Shown here piece after piece: positions 31,996 through 32,000 of a stretch of DNA of 32,000 nt. The stretch comes from Erysipelotrichaceae bacterium (lineage in GTDB: Bacteria; Bacillota_I; Bacilli_A; Erysipelotrichales; Coprobacillaceae). Within the stretch, counting starts at the first letter, position 1. Every line of letters begins with the position of its first letter. The stretch lies in the NCBI GenBank assembly GCA_028698185.1, contig JAQVDW010000005.1:60001-92000 (forward strand), given 5' to 3'. Under the pieces are notes generated by a model. The model was not told where the DNA came from and did no database searches. It saw only the letters and a program-made list of their open reading frames with translations. Both the position numbers and the translations under genes were made by a program.

Positions 31996-32000
31996 AATCA

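Overview
This is a chromosomal segment from a low/mid-GC Gram-positive (Bacillota-like) genome. Supporting signs are GGAGG-type Shine-Dalgarno sites, stem-loop/T-run terminators, a PTS component and a cre-like site. I recognise no rRNA, tRNA, CRISPR array, transposase or integrase. Layout: (1) 0-5.4 kb holds a partial MFS gene, a LysR regulator, a decayed CMD::aldo-keto-reductase chimera, and an SDR-MerR-AKR operon behind a MerR-type promoter. (2) 5.4-18 kb is a rhamnoside/L-rhamnose locus: AraC regulator, orphan PTS EIIC, cytoplasmic GH78 alpha-L-rhamnosidase, secreted membrane-anchored esterase, second AraC regulator, and rhaB-rhaA-rhaD-fucO. (3) 18.0-18.6 kb is an AT-rich gene-free gap, followed by a jelly-roll protein gene flanked by copies of a 17-20 nt motif. 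(4) 19.46-23.3 kb is the most interesting region. A 72-aa peptide with three near-identical Cys-rich modules (CGSACGAGD) is followed by a radical SAM/SPASM enzyme, a nitroreductase, a frameshifted DUF5131 (Gp37/Gp68) three-Cys protein and an MDR oxidoreductase. All are tightly packed, which makes this a candidate uncharacterised RiPP-type system. (5) 23.4-28.4 kb has an HxlR regulator divergent from a six-gene operon that starts with a class-M-like sirtuin (His->Gln). The operon also contains a macrodomain ADP-ribose hydrolase, interleaved with flavin/Fe-S/nitroreductase genes and lacking the usual GcvH-L/LplA2 partners. (6) 28.5-32 kb carries a Bcr/CflA-type MFS exporter, an intact AKR/Fe-S oxidoreductase behind a third MerR-type promoter, and a LysR regulator. 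All family calls rest on motif recognition by eye; no database search was possible.
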